The notes under the pieces are model-generated. The model saw nothing but the letters and a program-made list of their open reading frames with translations, had not been told where the DNA came from and did not search any database. From NCBI GenBank assembly GCA_040285745.1, contig JAUFOR010000002.1, positions 1,488,001-1,552,000 on the forward strand: 64,000 nucleotides of DNA, given 5' to 3'. The position numbers were made by a program, and so were the translations under genes. Of this stretch, positions 9,871 to 20,915 are shown piece by piece. Origin of the DNA: Barthelona sp. PCE (lineage: Eukaryota). How positions within the stretch are numbered: the first letter of the stretch is position 1; each line of letters starts with the position of its first letter.

Positions 9871-11223
9871 TTAAACATCAACACCACCGAACTCAGCAGC
9901 GACAGGGAGTGATGTGATAGCGAGCTTGGCGATAGATTCACGACGATCAATCTTGATCATACCACGACCATCCTCAATTGAGCCATCGTTCATAACAACC
10001 TTGTTCTTGATGTTCCAGTGGCCACCCCAACTGTTTGTAATAACCCAATATGGAATACCGTCTTCGGTGGTACCATAACCGTTGAGAAGAACAGAGTGTC
10101 CAACCTCAACCCATTCAAGATCATTGGTGGGAGTAACATCGTGAGGATAGGGGACATCACTGTTGTAATAATAGAGATCCATGGGTACAGCAAGGGAAAC
10201 TTCAACGGGTCTTCCGGCTACAATCTCTTCCATGATCAATTTCTCGCAATCAATACCGTTGGTACAAGCCTGGTAGTAGTCACCAATGTACTTGACGTTC
10301 TTGACAAAGTGACGACGGGTGTTGGGGATGTTAGCACCAACACGTTGCCAAAGGTAACCGAGGTGCTCTTGCTCAACGACACCATATGCCTGGGCAAAGA
10401 AACGGGACGAAATGGGCATACCGCCATCACAACCTTCTGCGATACCAGCGATCTCAACCATATGCTGGGTGGAGATGATAACCTCTTCACCGATTGCCTT
10501 AGTTGAAAGCAGACTCATCTGGTTGGACTGAGAGAACTGATGGCATGAGCCGCACTGGCCCTGGGAACGGCCGTTGAGACCGAGGGTAAGGGTATCTTCC
10601 AAAAAGTGATGCTCGGGTAAATCAGCCAAACGAGCAGGATCAAAAGTCTGCTGGGCGGCCTTGTTGGAGAAGCTCATAGCGAGGCTCTTCTGGCCAGCCT
10701 TCTTAGACTCCATAGTGGTCTCAACGGTGCTGGGTCCGTTAGTGTTAGAAACCATGTAGGGCTTGACACAAGTGTAACCAGTACCAACTTCGTTCATGAC
10801 CTGGTAACCACGACCATCGGACTTGGTACAGTCAGAAATGAACTTACCCTCGTTATGAGGATCGGGGGAATAGTGCAAGAACCAGTAAATAGTGCGGTCC
10901 TCAAGGTAAATGATGACACCTTCATCATAAATCATGGAGAAGGTGTACTTCTTCTTGGAGGTCATATCAGTAGCGACGGGGACACCGTTATCGATGATAA
11001 GATGGAATTCACGATAAGTGGTGGCTTGGAAGTTGCTACAAGCATCGGCACGACGAACAGCAGCCTCTTCGAGGGGGTGTTCAGCGATCTCAAGACGCCA
11101 TACAGCACCTTGATCACCGTTAGTGATGTTAGAGTAAAGACAGTGCACAGGGATATCAGCACGGACTGGAGCAGCAAAGAAAATCAGAGCACAGAGTAGG
11201 AACACGGAGGCGATCTTAAACAT
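9871..11223 (-). CDS. CTSC: Cathepsin C (dipeptidyl peptidase I), papain family C1A
   Basis: Signal peptide followed by the DIPVHC exclusion-domain start and MIYDEG; catalytic QGQCGSC, GHSVLLNGYG and NSWG. Confidence 0.9.
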   Translation of the reverse strand: MFKIASVFLLCALIFFAAPVRADIPVHCLYSNITNGDQGAVWRLEIAEHPLEEAAVRRADACSNFQATTYREFHLIIDNGVPVATDMTSKKKYTFSMIYDEGVIIYLEDRTIYWFLHYSPDPHNEGKFISDCTKSDGRGYQVMNEVGTGYTCVKPYMVSNTNGPSTVETTMESKKAGQKSLAMSFSNKAAQQTFDPARLADLPEHHFLEDTLTLGLNGRSQGQCGSCHQFSQSNQMSLLSTKAIGEEVIISTQHMVEIAGIAEGCDGGMPISSRFFAQAYGVVEQEHLGYLWQRVGANIPNTRRHFVKNVKYIGDYYQACTNGIDCEKLIMEEIVAGRPVEVSLAVPMDLYYYNSDVPYPHDVTPTNDLEWVEVGHSVLLNGYGTTEDGIPYWVITNSWGGHWNIKNKVVMNDGSIEDGRGMIKIDRRESIAKLAITSLPVAAEFGGVDV

Positions 11224-11650
11224 AGTAATACTTTGAATGAAAGATCAGAAAGAAAGGGGTTAAACAAGAGTATTCGAATTCATTTGTTTGAAATGTAAAA
11301 TACCAGTGTTGAGGATTGTTTTTTTACAGTTTGGAGCAAATTTATCGGTTATAAAAGTATGTACTAGCATTGAGAGTTGAGAAAAATGTATTAACTAATG
11401 TATTGTATCTGAACACATATTATACGTGTGGAATCCCGCCGATGTTCTGTTAAATCGGGAAATTTTCAACGTAAATGTGAATAAAAATGTATGATAGCAA
11501 GATAATTGTAACTGAACCATTTTTAAGTATACATTGCTTAAAGGCTTGAAAATTACAATCTAAGAGACAAAGAGGATCGTGGAAGCGTGGGTGAAGGTTT
11601 GAAAAAAACGAAACCCAATTTTGCAAACATTTCCCTTTTCACTCAACACT

Positions 11651-12577
11651 ATGCCAGCTCGCAAGAAAAACACTAAGAAACCTAAGGAGACTGAAGATAT
11701 TGATCTGGAACTCCAAACTCAGCAAGATCTTGTTGTTGAGAAAGCTCCCACCCCATCTCGTCCCCAGAAAAAGTCTTCTGGTAAGAAGAAGTCATCCAAC
11801 GCTAAGGGAAAGTCCCTTGATTTTGAAAAAGAAGAAGAGGAAGTAAGCCCTGAGAAGAAGAAACGTCGTCAAACTTCAAAGAAAGGAAAAAAGAAGCAGA
11901 AAGTCAATGATGAGATCGAAGCTGAGGAGATTTATTCTGATATTGAAGATGATGAAGAAATTTTTGTTCGTAATGACAAGGAAGAAATTGAAGCAGATGA
12001 GGATATTGAGAAAGATTTTATCCCTGTTGAGAAGCAAGAGATTGGTGAACACCGTATCTTTATCACTTACAGTTGTTTGAGTGATGTTGATGAAGGATTA
12101 GTTGATGATATTATCGGAAGTCTTGATAACTGGGAGTACACAGAGGATGTCACCAAGTGCAAGTATTTAATTGCCTCTGACGTTTGTTCTTTTAAAACTG
12201 CACAGGCTGTTATAATGAATATTCCAGTGTTAACAACATCTTTTATTCTTCAGTTGCTGGAAGATCTTGAAATTCCTGAAATTAGTGAATATCGCCTCAA
12301 GTTCGAAAGAAGTGATGATTTATTAGATGCTTTTGATGGTCAGAAATTTGCAATAAGTACTACAATTGATGGTAAGACTATGGCGAATTTACGCACTACA
12401 ATTGAATTATTAGGTGGTAAAGTTATCAATAAGATTAATTTTGCACAGTTCTTTGTTACTAAAAATGATATGGAGAGTGAAGAAATTGAGAAAGAAGAGT
12501 ATGAGAACATTGAGGAATTGAAGATTCTTTCTGTGAGAAAGTTCCTAAGGAATATTGTCTATAGTGAGAGCATTTAA
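11651..12577 (+). CDS. Tandem BRCT-domain protein with basic/acidic disordered N-terminus
   Basis: ATG at 11651 (MPARKK). K-rich NLS-like stretches; BRCT-like CKYLIAS...SFKTAQAVIMNIPVLTTSFI and FDGQKF...IELLGGKVI. Confidence 0.65.
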   Translation: MPARKKNTKKPKETEDIDLELQTQQDLVVEKAPTPSRPQKKSSGKKKSSNAKGKSLDFEKEEEEVSPEKKKRRQTSKKGKKKQKVNDEIEAEEIYSDIEDDEEIFVRNDKEEIEADEDIEKDFIPVEKQEIGEHRIFITYSCLSDVDEGLVDDIIGSLDNWEYTEDVTKCKYLIASDVCSFKTAQAVIMNIPVLTTSFILQLLEDLEIPEISEYRLKFERSDDLLDAFDGQKFAISTTIDGKTMANLRTTIELLGGKVINKINFAQFFVTKNDMESEEIEKEEYENIEELKILSVRKFLRNIVYSESI

Positions 12578-13040
12578 GTATGGCCTACATAGCATTAAAT
12601 ATCTTATGATTAAAAAGTAAACAAATTAAATGATATTTCTGAGTTGAAACTTGCAGGTTTGGTTAGTTAATTAAAATTTACATAAATTATTCGGAAACAG
12701 ATATGTGCATGTTGAATAACCCTTGAAAATTATGAAATCAACTGACAGAGCTTTAAAAAATTGAATAACCTGCATTTTGAAATACAACCTTATTCACAAT
12801 TTTTGAAGCATCTAGCCGCTTTAGAGACAGTTTTTCACTATTGTTATGGAAGTATAATTATTGAGTCAGAGTTCAAACACTTTGTACTTAAATTTTTTCT
12901 CCCCCAATAAACATTTTACAGGGATTTAGAACAATCTCATTGGCGTATGGTGTCATGCGCCCCGTGTCATCGGCTGTTAGAGATAGTACATGATTGTTTT
13001 AGCGTTTTCTTCCTTTTTCTGTATTCTTTAAGTACCTCGC

Positions 13041-16000
13041 ATGAGTAGTACTTCAATTTCAAACACAGACATTATGTCTGAGGTGGACACAAAGCCAAAA
13101 TTAGTGAATCATCACGCATTGTCGGCAGATTTAACGAGATTCATCCCATTCGAATCTAGTCTGCTTTACGTGTGTGGAAACAGCATTCTCAAGGTCGATG
13201 AAAAGTTCACAACACAAGAATTCTTTAAATGTAATGGAAAGAGTATTCATGATATTAATTTAAATCACCACAAAAAGATTTTTGGTGTTTTAGAGATCGG
13301 GGAGGTGGAAGACAACTGTATTTCAATCTTTGACGGAAGTTCAAAGATATCTACTCTGAAATTACCATACTCTGATCCAATTTCTTTTTCTTTTTCACCC
13401 AGTGGAGAATTTATTGCTGTTCTCTTTGGTATCGGCACGAAGAAGCTCATTGTGTTCAACTGGATGCTCGAAGTTGAATGTTGTTCCATCTCAGTGGATT
13501 GGATGAAGAGTCAAGAGAAAACTGTTGACATACATACACCTCTTTCAAAGATTGAATGGGGACCTATCCTCGAGGAGGACCTCATCTGTGTTCTTGAGAA
13601 GGATGGAGATGGTGTTCAACTTTTCAGATTCAACAGCACTGGTTCCATCGAAGACTATCACCTCAATGAAGTTTGGTTTTTCAACGAAGAACCTGTTTAT
13701 GACATCTGTTTCTCACCTCATGGCATTCTATTAACAGTTGATTATGCTGTTCTTACAATGCCTTTTGGTTTAAAAGCTGGTGAAGATGTGGTGACCCCAT
13801 CATTACTATTAGAGGTTGATCTTTCTTTCTGTTTATGGGTTAAGGACAAGCTAATTGTCATCATCCGTAGCGGTGGTATCCAGATATACAATACACTAGA
13901 GCAGCCCTATGTTCTCGCCGAAGAATATGACTGGCCTTTTGAGGAATCACTCATCAATCTCAAACCTCACCCTCATTGGGTCTTTGGATATGGTCACACA
14001 TTTTCCGGTAAATTGGTTCGCATGAATTTCTTCAGTGGTCAACTCGATCTTCTCTATCATTTCCCGGTTGTCTACGGATTTAACACTGTTGCATTATTTG
14101 GACGCAACGATATGTTGTATGTAGTCTCTGAGTCAGGGCGGATGTTCAAGTACAGCTTGCGTACACTCCAGTTCCAACAAGAAACATGTGTATTGTCATT
14201 GGCGAATCTTGAGAACGAAATCAAGATTACATCAGCTTCGAAATTGTTTAATGGAACATTTGTCATTGCAACTTCCAAAGGTCATCTTATCATCTACGAT
14301 AACAACGACAACTGCATTTTCTGCGATAAACTCAGTCAAACTGGATTACGTATTATCGGTCAGCTAAGCAAATCCACGACCCGTTCTCTTAACGGAATGG
14401 ATTTGTTCGCTGCAGCTGATGATAATGGTGCATTTTGGGTGATTGATCAGAAGGGAAATCTCATTCTGAACGAAAAATTAGACGCAAAGATAACAGATAG
14501 TTTTATCCATGAGGAGACTAGATTCTGGTTCTCTCTTATAGACGGTGATATTGTCTATGTCAGTCTAGTTGATGGTGAGGCTGTGCACACAGTGTATCAC
14601 ACGTCTTACCCAATCCATTCGCTGGATTGCATATCTACTGAACAGCACATTGCTTCAACCGGTGCTTTGCTCTTGATTGCAGCGAGTGCCTCCAAGCAGG
14701 TGCAGATATTCAAGGTTTTTGTGGAACCACATACACGTTCATTTGGTGACTCGCTTTATGTCCCCGTTTCGTTTGTTAAGGTGCCTGGTGTGCCAATTTG
14801 TGTGAGGACACTCGGGCCTGACAATTCACTTAGTTCGGTTATTACCAACGATGGTTCAGTCATGGTTCTTGAGTCACAGAACGCGCCAGTTCATCTTGAT
14901 ACGCGTCTTTTTGATTGTTGTCTGTGGAAGGACAGCGTACATTCCCCTAAGATCACAGCGCTTCCACATATTTCTTCCTTTGCAGTTGTTTGTCCAAGCG
15001 GAGCCATTACTTTCATTGGAACACATATTCCCGGTCGACAGATCTCCCACAAGCTCAACATCCTCCGTGACTTTATCACAGTTAAGGAGGGTCTGCAGGA
15101 GAACCTATTACCGGTTATAAGTGAGTCTATACTTCCATCTGAGCTCATTCTTCAAGACAAGACAGTGGAGGAAAGAGAGAACATTGCTTTGGATGAAGAG
15201 AGGGAATTGGAACGTAAGCAGATTAAGCAGCATAAGCAACAACAAATTGAGCAATTGTATACCGAGCTCAAGGATGTCTTTGAGGAGAATAATGCCTGTG
15301 AAGATATTGACATGCTTGATGAGGAAGCATTCGTCATTGATAAGCAGTACATCAACAATATGCTGCGCAAGAACAAGAGATACCTCGATAACTACAAACG
15401 TGAGCTCCAGTCGAACATCCAGAAGCTCCAGGTCGAGCGTGAAGAACTCAAGGCCGTCAAATACGACAGTCAGTCGGTGCATTCGGAGGCAGTTTCAAGC
15501 ATTGACGTTAACAGCCGTGTTAACAATATCCCTATTCCCGTGTGGTCGAAGAAGGAGCAAAATAGGTTCAAATTCTGTCGTAATCTCAAGATGGTGATGA
15601 ATGATGAACCTTATGAAGAGGATTTTAAGGAGGAAGAAGTGTATAAGGACGGAGAATTGCGGGGCTATTTCAACAAACTGATACAGATCAATTTACTTAA
15701 AAAGTGCTGTATCAAAAGCTCTGAAAATTTCAATAACATCTTTAACAGGCTGAAGAGCCAGAAAGGTCTGTTGGAAGATGAGGGTAAGATGTGGAACAAA
15801 CGTATCTTTGAGATATTCGAGGATCTTGGTCTTGACAAGAGTGAAGCGGAGTTGTTTGAGCTCGAGGACGTTCGTGAAGACCGTCCTGACTTTATTATTA
15901 CTGTCTATCCTGATGAGGTTGACGCTGAAAAGCCCCCAGAAGTTGAACAAGATGAAGGAGCAGCCAAAACCGAGGAACAGATTCGTCAGGAACGGGCAAA

Positions 16001-17840
16001 GTTGCACATGATGGGTGGAAAGCTTGATTTAACGGACGATTCATCTTCTATTCTCAAGAAACCTTCTTTTTACGATCTCCCCAAAAACCAACTAACGAGA
16101 GATCAACGAGAAAAGATCCGCGAGTACGACGAGGAGGTGGAACGTATCAAGGAAGAGCGTGAGAAGAAGAAGAAGGCCTTGGAGACTGAGCTGCGTAACA
16201 TTTATAATAGTATTAAGGTTCGCACAAAGGAGTTTGATGTTCTAGTCGATTTGGCGTTTAAACTTCGTGTTAAGACAGTGGAAGAGATTTTCTGGCAAGA
16301 AACGCGTGTTCTCGCAATTATGAATGGACTTATTGAGATTGTTCAGATCGAAGAAGCGCTCAAGCAGCTCGTTACCATTCAAAAACGTACAATGTCGTCT
16401 CAACCTACACTGGAGGAGAAAATTGAACACGTTGACGCTATGATTGAAGAGATTCGTGTTGGCCATCAGCGCCTGCAAGAAGAAGATTCACATATCATGC
16501 AGCAGGCCCGTAAGGAGGTTTTGGAGTTTAATGATATGTTGATCAAACACTGGCGCCTTTGTGGTAAGAAGTTCAGGGATTCCGGAGCTCTATCTACACC
16601 AAGAATTAACAAGAATTCAAAGAACCTTCGTATGTCTGCTATTTGGCGTGATGCAACGGCTGAGACGTTCAATCAGACGCCTTTTGGTGTTTTCAGAGAG
16701 ACGGACGTACTCAAGGACAAGGACCTGGAAGAGCGCATCATCTCACTCGATATTGATGAGGCTGACTGCCCTGAAGAAGTCGAACCCGAACTGTGGAGCC
16801 GTTTCCTGGAGTTCAGAAGGTTGAAGAACCAGTCTGAGATGTTTGTGTTCCTTCATGACCAGCGTCTGTTGAATCTGACAAAGTTCCACGCATCACTTAA
16901 GGAAAGCCTTGATGCTCTCAAGAGAGAGATCGAAGGAATTAATGTCAAGATTTATGACCTGAACCAGGTGCTACAGTATAAGAAACTCGACTGTGTCGTT
17001 GCAATTCGTCTTCGTAATTCATCATTCGAGACTGAGAGATCAAACGTTTTTAGCGAATTCTTTGAGCATCCCGAGGCTGCTATCAAACTGATTGAGACAG
17101 AGTATGCTGATGTCAGTGAACCCGTTGAGGAGATCGATGATGAGGATAAGAAAGCTCTAATGGAGCAGCGTAAACAAGAGTTTGATCAGTTAATCGCAGA
17201 TGTACCATTGCGCACGTTCAAAGAGCTGAGCATTCCCGAGCTCCTAATTGTCGGTCGAGGTCATGTACAGAAGCTTAACAACCGTGCTTTCGACTCTGCT
17301 GTTTCATTACTGAAAACATTGCGTAAAGTTAAGAAGCTGCGATTCCAGAATTCTTTGACGGAATGGGAGTTGAAGAAGACAGATATGGAAATAGAGGATA
17401 TTGTGCAGATGACAAAGGACTTCCAACTGTTGCGCGTTACACGTCACATGCAAAGTCTGGTACAGCACTCGAATATCGAGGATCAACATAAGAAAACAAT
17501 CGAAGGTGTCAAACGCCGAGTTGATACGTCAAAGAAGCGTTGGTTGAAGAAGAAGAAAGATATGGAGAAAATGATCAGCAAGCTACATAAGAAGGCTGTG
17601 AAACTTGAGAGTGATAATGAAGGTCTGAAAGATCAAATTGAGGATCTCCAAGATGTCGTTGCCAATCGTATGGTATTGTGCCGTTTCGAAAAGGCTGAAG
17701 ACACACGAGCACAGGAAGCTGCTGGTGAACTGCGTCTGAAGAATTTGTACAAGCGTCAGTTGGAGGAGATTGAGTTCCTACAAGCAGAACTTGCTCGTCT
17801 TCGCAGAAAGACGTTCCCAAGCATAACTATGGCAAAGTAA
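13041..17840 (+). CDS. CFAP43: Cilia- and flagella-associated protein 43 (WD40 plus coiled coil)
   Basis: 1599 aa. N-terminal WD40-like beta repeats, long coiled-coil C-half, DFQLLRVTR motif, terminal ELARLRRKTFPS. Confidence 0.85.
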   Translation: MSSTSISNTDIMSEVDTKPKLVNHHALSADLTRFIPFESSLLYVCGNSILKVDEKFTTQEFFKCNGKSIHDINLNHHKKIFGVLEIGEVEDNCISIFDGSSKISTLKLPYSDPISFSFSPSGEFIAVLFGIGTKKLIVFNWMLEVECCSISVDWMKSQEKTVDIHTPLSKIEWGPILEEDLICVLEKDGDGVQLFRFNSTGSIEDYHLNEVWFFNEEPVYDICFSPHGILLTVDYAVLTMPFGLKAGEDVVTPSLLLEVDLSFCLWVKDKLIVIIRSGGIQIYNTLEQPYVLAEEYDWPFEESLINLKPHPHWVFGYGHTFSGKLVRMNFFSGQLDLLYHFPVVYGFNTVALFGRNDMLYVVSESGRMFKYSLRTLQFQQETCVLSLANLENEIKITSASKLFNGTFVIATSKGHLIIYDNNDNCIFCDKLSQTGLRIIGQLSKSTTRSLNGMDLFAAADDNGAFWVIDQKGNLILNEKLDAKITDSFIHEETRFWFSLIDGDIVYVSLVDGEAVHTVYHTSYPIHSLDCISTEQHIASTGALLLIAASASKQVQIFKVFVEPHTRSFGDSLYVPVSFVKVPGVPICVRTLGPDNSLSSVITNDGSVMVLESQNAPVHLDTRLFDCCLWKDSVHSPKITALPHISSFAVVCPSGAITFIGTHIPGRQISHKLNILRDFITVKEGLQENLLPVISESILPSELILQDKTVEERENIALDEERELERKQIKQHKQQQIEQLYTELKDVFEENNACEDIDMLDEEAFVIDKQYINNMLRKNKRYLDNYKRELQSNIQKLQVEREELKAVKYDSQSVHSEAVSSIDVNSRVNNIPIPVWSKKEQNRFKFCRNLKMVMNDEPYEEDFKEEEVYKDGELRGYFNKLIQINLLKKCCIKSSENFNNIFNRLKSQKGLLEDEGKMWNKRIFEIFEDLGLDKSEAELFELEDVREDRPDFIITVYPDEVDAEKPPEVEQDEGAAKTEEQIRQERAKLHMMGGKLDLTDDSSSILKKPSFYDLPKNQLTRDQREKIREYDEEVERIKEEREKKKKALETELRNIYNSIKVRTKEFDVLVDLAFKLRVKTVEEIFWQETRVLAIMNGLIEIVQIEEALKQLVTIQKRTMSSQPTLEEKIEHVDAMIEEIRVGHQRLQEEDSHIMQQARKEVLEFNDMLIKHWRLCGKKFRDSGALSTPRINKNSKNLRMSAIWRDATAETFNQTPFGVFRETDVLKDKDLEERIISLDIDEADCPEEVEPELWSRFLEFRRLKNQSEMFVFLHDQRLLNLTKFHASLKESLDALKREIEGINVKIYDLNQVLQYKKLDCVVAIRLRNSSFETERSNVFSEFFEHPEAAIKLIETEYADVSEPVEEIDDEDKKALMEQRKQEFDQLIADVPLRTFKELSIPELLIVGRGHVQKLNNRAFDSAVSLLKTLRKVKKLRFQNSLTEWELKKTDMEIEDIVQMTKDFQLLRVTRHMQSLVQHSNIEDQHKKTIEGVKRRVDTSKKRWLKKKKDMEKMISKLHKKAVKLESDNEGLKDQIEDLQDVVANRMVLCRFEKAEDTRAQEAAGELRLKNLYKRQLEEIEFLQAELARLRRKTFPSITMAK

Positions 17841-17852
17841 AGTGTATTATGT

Positions 17853-20800
17853 TTATTCGTTTAGAACGGTGATAACACCATTGAAACTACGTTCCATCTC
17901 GTTTAAATCGCAAGGTGTTACAATTAATGGAGAAGGTTCCATTGCCCAACTATCGCGACGTAAACTCTGCATTTGCAGACGAGAATCACAATCATCAATG
18001 TACTCTGACAGTTCGTGTACTTCAGGTAGAGCCTCACTAATCCAAACGCGGGACCAATTAACTGGATCCTTTGTGATTGTGTTGACGATTGGATGCCACG
18101 GTGGCAGCATGTTCGGGTTGTCAATGACTCTGTCAAGTACGCGTTGTGTGGGTAAGTAGCGCCAAAGGTTGTACAGGAAGGCGAGGAACCTGAACACCAG
18201 AAGGATAACACGGTACACTGGGAATAAAATGAGCACAAAACCTGGGGCTTTAAGCTCAGGACGATGTTTGAGCTTTAGGAAGTTGAAAAGAATGAGCAAA
18301 ATAATTTGTATCTCCAGCACGCGGATGAGCAGAACGCTTAACGTCATGGCGTCGTCGAGGTATATGTAGTAGAAGACGAGGAAGAAGCGTAACAAATCCT
18401 GTATAACAGTAAGGACTTCATACATGTAATAGAGCTTGAGCAACAGCGTGTGAGAATTCCAAAAGAGGAGAATGTGCTTGAGGAAGACGAAGATGGACCG
18501 GTGCGCTGTCACATCCCATGATTTAACACGCTGCGTACATAGACTCTTGTCTCCATACGCTTTTGCTCCAAAAAAATCCTCCTTAAATCGGAAAAGTTCT
18601 TGAGGTACATTTGTATACACAGGCTGGTTTGCAAATGTTCTCAATATCAGCTGTTTCTTACCTGTCTCTGCAGCCATCTCCCTCAGAATGAGTCCCATAC
18701 TGAGATCCTCACCATTGAACATGGTAGTGTGACGCAGCAGAACCTCTGTAATAACCTCTTTCTTCCAAATCGATAGAGCTCCATGTGGGCACATTGCTGT
18801 GCCACCTACACGGGACTGAAACAGCTTGGCGAATCCAGCTAGCATGTATTCGACGTCCTGGAACCATGTAAGCAATGATCTTCGATGCCATAGTCCTTGC
18901 TTAGGGTACTTGGGCGCAGTTCTGATGGTAAATGCAGCACCTGCAACGTTCTCGTCCTCCAACAGCTCCGTCTGGAAACTAATTGCATTGGGCATGATAA
19001 TATCATCATCACAAATTAAAACGTACTTAATGTGATCTGGTAATTGTTTTGCTGTCCAGTACAGGCTCAACGTCTTATTGCCAGCAGGCACGTACACGTA
19101 GTTAATGTTGCGCCCCCATTTCTCGATGGTACGGACACACTCTAGCGTTTTCTTTTCAGGAGGTTGGAAGCTATTTGCGTTGTGGCACACATACACCTGG
19201 CCATCAGGAACCATCTGAGACAGATTCTTGAGGGTGAATAGAAATCCATCTCTCTTCTGCTTCTCTATATCGAGCAAATCTTGTGGCGTTGTGGCGTTAT
19301 ACTTCACACCCATGAAGCTGTCGGGTTGGATCGAGTCCGTACTCGCAGAGTTGTGAGAAGCAATTAGAATAGCGACGTCATCATGACTGCGTGGAAGAGA
19401 TGAGCTCCTGGGCCAGTCAACAAAGACTATTGAGGCGAACAGCAGTAAATACTCAAGGCCAAGCGTCACAAACGCAATTAACCAGTCATTAAGAGAATGG
19501 AAAACTTGGTATTTCAGAAGAACGTCCCTAAATAAGAAAAAGAGTCCCACGAGCAACACTATACCAAAGACTCGGTACGTAAGCTGTTCAAAGCGATCGC
19601 GCTTTGAGAAATTTGCCTGCTGTCTGAAGGTACTGTATCCCTTAAGCAATTCTCTCCATGCATGCATCTGCTCCTCCATCGTCTGATTCTCCTCCGCAAC
19701 GCGATTGAGTCGACCAACCAGCCTGACCGTTGATTTCTTTGCTATTCTCCACGCAGTTGGTTCCTGTTCAGCTGGAAATGAAGGGTAGCTCTTTGGCCAT
19801 GCCTCGATTGGGTGGACGTTGGTTGCTGTCTTTGGGTTACGTAATGCATAAGTGCGTGTGCGCGTGCACTCAAATATGAGCATTGTCACGACGCTTACAA
19901 TCACCAATATCAGCAAAACCTGATCGAAAAACGTAAAGTGGTTCGCCCTGATATGGTATACAAACAAATCCATATCCCAGCTCTTAATACTGGCACCGTT
20001 GTACGTGGCAATGTCGATCGTCACATGGCTGAGTGTGATAGTCTGATCGAGTATCTTAAAACGCGGTTGTGATACACCAAAGTCGAAGCCTCTCAGCACA
20101 TACATGACACGCGGGATCTGGTAGAACTTCTGACTGAACGGAACTGTGATTGAAGCTCGTCTGCAGTTGGGAGATCCGAGATCGCAAGTAATTAAACTGT
20201 TGAAATTGGGCATCGTTTCCGGTGAAATCCTAATAGATAGCACATCAATGAAGCTGTTTCCAACCTCTTCGATGAAATGCGATGAGAGACGGGTGCCGTT
20301 GAGATATCCAAACACGTTGTGAGTGTGTGCATTTGATGTTACGTTTGCCAAGACTGTACTGAACATCGTACGAGCCGTTGAAAACGACAACCCCGCCACA
20401 CCTCCGATGCGCCTGTCATCAACAACGGACTTTGCACCATGTGTGAATGGTACGGAAAGAGAGTTAAATGACTGGAAAGCTTTCCACTTTGAATCGATCC
20501 AGTTAGTGGTGTAGACACCAGAAGCTGCCACGTCCATACAGTCCTCAACAGACGCAAGCCAACCAAACTGTATATGCTTCACAATGGAGTTACTCCATGT
20601 GCGAATATTCACTACAGCTCTATCAAGGAAAACATCAATTATAAGTATGTCCACAATGGGCGTCCCTGAGGGAATATCCACGGAAACAAGGTTTATAGAG
20701 ATCTTTGGAATGTTTGGGAATTCTTTTCCATAGTAAAATTCATGAGTGAAGCTTCTGAAGCCTGTACCAATGTTCAACCCCCAATTGACATTCTTTTCGC

Positions 20801-20915
20801 CCACTATTTCCGTCCCAGAGGCGAGATAAAGCGTTTCAGGACATACAACTGATCCAAAAACGCCAAACTGTAATAACAAAGCCCAAATAAATATTGAACC
20901 CCATAATCTCATCAT
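17853..20915 (-). CDS. Membrane GT2 processive glycosyltransferase (chitin/cellulose/hyaluronan-synthase-like) fused to N-terminal H-type-lectin-like domains
   Basis: Signal peptide; two H-lectin-like units (F..EFPNIPKI...RTWSNS...FGWLA and VPFSQKFYQIPRV...GFDF...); TM helices; GT2 motifs GNK, CDDD, QDVEY, GED, QRVKSW; C-terminal TMs. Confidence 0.8.
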   Translation of the reverse strand: MMRLWGSIFIWALLLQFGVFGSVVCPETLYLASGTEIVGEKNVNWGLNIGTGFRSFTHEFYYGKEFPNIPKISINLVSVDIPSGTPIVDILIIDVFLDRAVVNIRTWSNSIVKHIQFGWLASVEDCMDVAASGVYTTNWIDSKWKAFQSFNSLSVPFTHGAKSVVDDRRIGGVAGLSFSTARTMFSTVLANVTSNAHTHNVFGYLNGTRLSSHFIEEVGNSFIDVLSIRISPETMPNFNSLITCDLGSPNCRRASITVPFSQKFYQIPRVMYVLRGFDFGVSQPRFKILDQTITLSHVTIDIATYNGASIKSWDMDLFVYHIRANHFTFFDQVLLILVIVSVVTMLIFECTRTRTYALRNPKTATNVHPIEAWPKSYPSFPAEQEPTAWRIAKKSTVRLVGRLNRVAEENQTMEEQMHAWRELLKGYSTFRQQANFSKRDRFEQLTYRVFGIVLLVGLFFLFRDVLLKYQVFHSLNDWLIAFVTLGLEYLLLFASIVFVDWPRSSSLPRSHDDVAILIASHNSASTDSIQPDSFMGVKYNATTPQDLLDIEKQKRDGFLFTLKNLSQMVPDGQVYVCHNANSFQPPEKKTLECVRTIEKWGRNINYVYVPAGNKTLSLYWTAKQLPDHIKYVLICDDDIIMPNAISFQTELLEDENVAGAAFTIRTAPKYPKQGLWHRRSLLTWFQDVEYMLAGFAKLFQSRVGGTAMCPHGALSIWKKEVITEVLLRHTTMFNGEDLSMGLILREMAAETGKKQLILRTFANQPVYTNVPQELFRFKEDFFGAKAYGDKSLCTQRVKSWDVTAHRSIFVFLKHILLFWNSHTLLLKLYYMYEVLTVIQDLLRFFLVFYYIYLDDAMTLSVLLIRVLEIQIILLILFNFLKLKHRPELKAPGFVLILFPVYRVILLVFRFLAFLYNLWRYLPTQRVLDRVIDNPNMLPPWHPIVNTITKDPVNWSRVWISEALPEVHELSEYIDDCDSRLQMQSLRRDSWAMEPSPLIVTPCDLNEMERSFNGVITVLNE

